Part shown: positions 17,201-20,000 of the stretch, piece after piece
How positions within the stretch are numbered: position 1 is the first letter of the stretch
How the letters are laid out: each line of letters starts with the position of its first letter
Assembly: GCA_004377185.1 (NCBI GenBank)
Contig: SOIM01000059.1
Span: 100,325 to 120,324, forward strand
Reading direction: 5' to 3'
DNA from: Methanomassiliicoccales archaeon
GTDB lineage: Archaea; Thermoplasmatota; Thermoplasmata; RBG-16-68-12; SOIM01
DNA length: 20,000 nucleotides
The notes under the pieces: model-generated
What the model saw: the letters and a program-made list of their open reading frames with translations, nothing else
Databases searched by the model: none
Told to the model about the DNA's origin: nothing
Program-made: the position numbers and the translations under genes

Positions 17201-18881
17201 CGTCTATCTTGTATGAGATAATGTTCACATCTGGGTTCCCAATCTGGTCCAGATCTGAATCGGAGAATGACCTGACACCCAGCCAGTCGTCGAAATTCCC
17301 GTCGATTGTGATTCTTGAGACATCTTCACTAGGGGCCATCATGCCGAAAATAAGTGGTGCAAGTATCAGAACAGACATTACAGCGGCGAGACCTCCCAAC
17401 GCTTTCGGCCATTGCGCATCCCTGGGCGTGAAGCGTGGCATATGCCTGGCAGCTCTTCCGTTAACAAGGCCGTTCCCGTTTATGAGGCCGTTGACTAAAC
17501 CGTTGACCCTACCTACCCCATTCACCAGACCGTTCACCAGTCCGTTTACGAGACCGTTGAGCCGGCCTATGCCATTGATCAGCCCGTTGACCCTTCCCAT
17601 GCCGTTAATCCGGCCGTTGACCCGGCCATTGACTCGACCGTTCACACGACCGTTGACCCGGCCGTTCACCATTCCGTTAACGAGGCCATTCGTTCTTCCC
17701 AACTTCTGGATGAGCCCCTTTCCCGAAGTCTTGCCTTCGAGGAGACCCATCTTCCTCAGACCCGCAAGGTCGTTTACCTCCTTGAGCCTCTCCTGCCTGG
17801 CGGACTCGATAGCCTTATCATAACTTGCCAGAGCTTCCTCGTGCTTGCCGATCTTGTCAAGAAGTTCTCCCCTTGTCTGCCAGGCCTGTTTGAGAGTCGG
17901 ATCCGCTCTGAGAAGTTCCTCGTAATGTTCAATCGTTCTCTCGATTTCTTCTTTCTCATCCACAAGGCGGGGTTCTTCCAGTTCAATGCCCGGGACCTCG
18001 AGGCCCTCCCTCTCTTTGACGATATTGAGGACTTCGAGCTTGTATTCCCCCTCCTTCTCGGGATCGAGCTCTGCCAGTCGGTCATAGCACTCGATTGCTT
18101 CGTCAAGTCTGCCCAACTCAATCAAAATGAAGGCTTTCTTCTTCCAGGCCCTCTCCAAAGTGGGATCTACTTCCAATAGACTTTCGTAATGTCGGAGTTC
18201 TTCCCCCAGCCTTTGTACGCCTATCCCTTCCTCCCTCTCACTGATTCGCTTCCATCTCTTGAGGAAATCCTTAGCCAGGGCCTTGTCTTCTCTTGGCTTC
18301 TTCTCTAGGACATGTTTCTCCAAGGCCCTCCTGAACTCTTCCTCTGGAGGGCCTTTGATATCCTTCTCCAGCTCTTCCAGTTGGTCCTCAAGCTGCTCGA
18401 CGAGTCTTTCGAAGTCTTCGTCCCTTTCTGGTTCTTCTTCGAAAGTGACTCCGCAATGGGGACATTTCCGGATGTCCTGTGCGATGAACCTACCACAAGC
18501 TGGGCACAGATACAAGGCTGGTTCTTCCTCTTCCTCCTCTTCTACAATCTCAGGCTCTGGAGCCAGCTCTTCCTCCGCTGGCACCTCTTCAAAAACAGCT
18601 CCGCAGACTTCGCATTTCTTGGCGGACTTGCTGATGAACGCACCGCATTCTGGACAAAGATAAAGAAAGGCTTCCTCTTCTTTTATCCGAGCAATCTCTT
18701 GGGCATAGTCCTTCAGGCGCTTCGCCAGTTCCTTGCCTATGCCTTCGACCTTTGCTATCTCCTCGATTTCTGCCTCACGCAGCGATTCTGGAGTGGTGAA
18801 ACCCGCTTCCTTCAGCCATTTGGCCCTCCGTGGGCCGACTCCAGGTATGAGAGAAATCCATTGGAGGAAGTCTTCTTCCAT
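14274..18881 (-). CDS. Giant multidomain membrane/surface protein: HhH, 2x zinc ribbon, TPR, NG-repeat, TM, 2x DOMON-like with Ca-binding-like region, LTD (lamin-tail-like), 2x DUF11, C-terminal TM
   Basis: 1535 aa. HhH (LIPGVGPRRAKWLKEAGF, VEGIGKELAKRL); CPECG...CEVCG and CPACG...CPHCG; TPR repeats; GRTNGLVNGMVNGRVNG...; TM ALGGLAAVMSVLILAPLIFGMM; ITIDGNFDDW and ITIDGAFGDW; DSDRDTVPDEMD; LNEIYSPGNTGEWFELANP; two YTVYYNNAG/YTIYYNNTG repeats; VPEFDTFVIPIVSVFAIFFVWRYKQ. Confidence 0.9.
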   Translation of the reverse strand: MEEDFLQWISLIPGVGPRRAKWLKEAGFTTPESLREAEIEEIAKVEGIGKELAKRLKDYAQEIARIKEEEAFLYLCPECGAFISKSAKKCEVCGAVFEEVPAEEELAPEPEIVEEEEEEEPALYLCPACGRFIAQDIRKCPHCGVTFEEEPERDEDFERLVEQLEDQLEELEKDIKGPPEEEFRRALEKHVLEKKPREDKALAKDFLKRWKRISEREEGIGVQRLGEELRHYESLLEVDPTLERAWKKKAFILIELGRLDEAIECYDRLAELDPEKEGEYKLEVLNIVKEREGLEVPGIELEEPRLVDEKEEIERTIEHYEELLRADPTLKQAWQTRGELLDKIGKHEEALASYDKAIESARQERLKEVNDLAGLRKMGLLEGKTSGKGLIQKLGRTNGLVNGMVNGRVNGRVNGRVNGRVNGRINGMGRVNGLINGIGRLNGLVNGLVNGLVNGVGRVNGLVNGLINGNGLVNGRAARHMPRFTPRDAQWPKALGGLAAVMSVLILAPLIFGMMAPSEDVSRITIDGNFDDWLGVRSFSDSDLDQIGNPDVNIISYKIDGHKNTVYVYAEVEGTILNGSSNSGVESIYIFVDHDDDPSTGYPVGGIGSDYLIEAFGWNNSVHQSAMYEFRETVRRNDWNGFRKIGSATTAIGDSELEVLFRVKAEGTPKVIVATSDFSGNRDFADAIISPQKDVLQVVQTTIAPEIVDTSGPVHFLRLDMDAANGRAHISQINITKTGNVPDTSVDLILYVDYDANSVPDEQISSGNFFTDLAVLDVDIDVDEGLTLIVTAVFTDVPPGRYIGLSVSGFVSNATLSLRDVALTRVYCDVAPPITIDGAFGDWGSSSIRMDADNDVVGGQTGALMNENVDLRSYALEIGITASFYMKVDGRMLGGIDIPTFRQRPTIGPSVMDSDRDTVPDEMDLHPRDFNNDETPDRLTNHDVDGDNIIDYPVGSDYWLNTTIPADFHPDYANKNVSVYIGPISISELMGVDKISILLDADNASTGLPVDFGGQTYGMDYLIAISGRNGVPLLKGLYKYNGGNIPWVLVENLSQVSLDTNTLELSVPVSSIQPLAPDFFALFHIVDWQSASDLSDQAIGRSRAEAIGTRSPAGDNVVLNEIYSPGNTGEWFELANPTSSAINLDNWEFQVKDKGKWKTVHTFGAVSIGAWMSGSEYLAFDLPANSIKDKSVDVRLVDSTGTVVDATKLPRLKSGESWARFKGATDGKPEDTDADKDDWYVSTSPTKGKYNERHRPRITVEKTSSQNTAAPGDTFTYTVYYNNAGGGISKDVWINDTLPDEVTYVSSSEPYQSFSGSTYYWEFTNVAPNTQNSFTITVRVNNGTVDGTQFNNFVELNYTDVFRQPMEWSSANKTMVIVRPVIAVVKIADVTDAGPGDPITYTIYYNNTGNGTAAHVWVNDTIPIYTTFTSSSVPYESQLGLTYVFHFYDVDPGIHSFTITVTVNATAPDGVYLTNWAFLNYTTVNEYPLEESSDYTVVRVPEFDTFVIPIVSVFAIFFVWRYKQDRTNGKDEEEE
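17458..17697 (-). repeat. In-frame 12-bp-period tandem repeat encoding (N-G-x-x)n
   Basis: The + strand shows imperfect units such as ccgttgacccgg / ccgttcacacga / ccgttgagccgg. The translation has 19 NG dipeptides in about 80 aa, with xGRxNG spacers. Confidence 0.9.
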
Positions 18882-18903
18882 TCATAACATTTAGCTCTGA
18901 ACA

Positions 18904-18912
18904 ATATATAAA
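18904..18912 (-). promoter_or_regulatory. TATA box of the 1535-aa protein gene
   Basis: The minus strand reads TTTATATAT centred at 18908, 27 nt from the first base of the ATG at 18881 (leaderless spacing). Confidence 0.6.
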
Positions 18913-18982
18913 CCGTTTATCGCTCTGGAATCACCTGTTTTGACGATAAATCGGAAATCTCTCGAACAGAATTTTGTAAATC

Positions 18983-19684
18983 CTATGCCAGCACTGTTGC
19001 GAAGGGGTCGGTCGAGACATTCAGGATGCTTTTCTCGGCCCCTAAGGAGATTTCAACGATGAGAGAGACGCTTGCCCTTCTCACAATCTTCGGTTTCAGA
19101 CCCTCACCGTCCAGCTTCTTGAGAATGTTCTTCTGGAACGTTTTCTGCCTGGTGAAATTCCCCTCCCTCTTCTTCTTCAGGATGTCAGTGGGGAAGTACC
19201 TGGTGTAGATGCCGTCCTGTATCTTGGATGCCAGGCCAAGCTGTTCCAGTTTCTGGGTCGAACGTGTTGCGGTTTGGCTGCTTATTCTCATGGATTTGGC
19301 GAGATCGCTTTGAGTTGAGCCGGGATTGTCGACCAGATGGACGTAGACCTTACGCATTCTCTCTTCGCTCAGGAGCTCGAATACCCCCAGAGTGTCCTGT
19401 GAGACGAGCCCCGCTGGATAGTACAACGTCCTTCTTCCTGAGACCTTGCTCACCACCAGTTCTCCTTCCCTGAGTTTGTTCAGATGCCACTTCGCGGTAT
19501 TGGGTGAGACCTCCAGGGCTTTGGATATGTCAGAAAGATGAGAACAAGGACGGATGCAGAGATACTCGAACAGCCTTCTCCTAACGGGGTTCATGAGAAG
19601 TGATATTCCTCTTCTCCCTTCCTTTTCCTCTGGCTCCTTGCGACCAATCATTCTCTGGAAGGCTCTTCCAACCCCCTCCGGCAT
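18983..19684 (-). CDS. Transcriptional regulator with two winged-helix domains (ArsR/MarR-like)
   Basis: 233 aa. First wHTH: MNPVRRRLFEYLCIRPCSHLSDISKALEVSPNTAKWHLNKLREGELVV. Second wHTH: RKVYVHLVDNPGSTQSDLAKSMRISSQTATRSTQKLEQLGLASK. Confidence 0.88.
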   Translation of the reverse strand: MPEGVGRAFQRMIGRKEPEEKEGRRGISLLMNPVRRRLFEYLCIRPCSHLSDISKALEVSPNTAKWHLNKLREGELVVSKVSGRRTLYYPAGLVSQDTLGVFELLSEERMRKVYVHLVDNPGSTQSDLAKSMRISSQTATRSTQKLEQLGLASKIQDGIYTRYFPTDILKKKREGNFTRQKTFQKNILKKLDGEGLKPKIVRRASVSLIVEISLGAEKSILNVSTDPFATVLA

Positions 19685-19972
19685 CTATTCACCAGAGTAC
19701 TCATTCAGGATGCTTTCTATAAGATTGGAGGCTTTCATGTCCTTGAAGTCGACATCCTTGAGTTCGTCCAGCGCCTTTTCCAATCTTGAGAATACTTGAG
19801 GCGGAATGTCCGATTTCTTCTCGAGCAGTTTCTTCTTCATCTCTTGAGGAATCTTGTCGGTTGTCCCCTTTTCGAAATCGCCCTTCTCAACCACCAGACC
19901 GAGGCCTTTCATTATGTAGTAAGGATGGGACAGTTCACTGTGCCGGCTGCTCCTGCACTTCACGATCTTCAT
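19685..19972 (-). CDS. Small conserved-looking hypothetical protein, co-transcribed upstream of the wHTH regulator
   Basis: 95 aa. The stop TAG is immediately followed by the ATG of the regulator (TAGATG). No recognised domain. Confidence 0.55.
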   Translation of the reverse strand: MKIVKCRSSRHSELSHPYYIMKGLGLVVEKGDFEKGTTDKIPQEMKKKLLEKKSDIPPQVFSRLEKALDELKDVDFKDMKASNLIESILNEYSGE

Positions 19973-20000
19973 CGTCCGGCTGACTCCCCCTTCAAGCGGG

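Noticed and set aside
17458-17697. CRISPR or non-coding tandem array
   Set aside because: The period is only 12 bp with no spacers, and the array is in frame within a long ORF, encoding regular NG repeats.

Overview
This 20 kb window is an archaeal chromosome segment, and the gene content and signals look Thermoplasmata-like. From the left edge it carries a transcription/translation operon: the rpoB C-terminus, rpoA1 (A'), rpoA2 (A''), rpl30e and a NusA-like KH gene. The usual rps12/rps7 genes do not follow nusA. Next come a small Cys-rich ORF, a membrane-anchored zinc-ribbon ORF, ksgA/dim1, a coiled-coil protein, an NDP-sugar nucleotidyltransferase whose frame lacks a start codon, a CPA-type Na+/H+ antiporter, a convergent MscS channel and an A24 prepilin peptidase. 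A stand-alone 5S rRNA gene follows. The last part holds a 1535-aa multidomain membrane protein and a two-gene unit with a double winged-helix regulator. The strongest unusual signals are: (1) a 5S rRNA expanded by about 108-110 nt between loop E and the 3' strand of helix V, with its own multibranched fold; (2) the 1535-aa protein, which joins HhH, two zinc ribbons and TPRs to a 19-copy 'NG' tetrapeptide-like repeat, a TM helix, two DOMON-like regions, LTD and DUF11 ectodomains, and a PEF-CTERM-like tail; (3) a homologous secreted N-terminal domain fused to both an antiporter and an adjacent MscS channel; (4) an apparent one-base frame break that removes the start of the nucleotidyltransferase; (5) a tandemly duplicated Cys-rich mini-protein. 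No CRISPR array, transposase, prophage or classical defence system was recognised.
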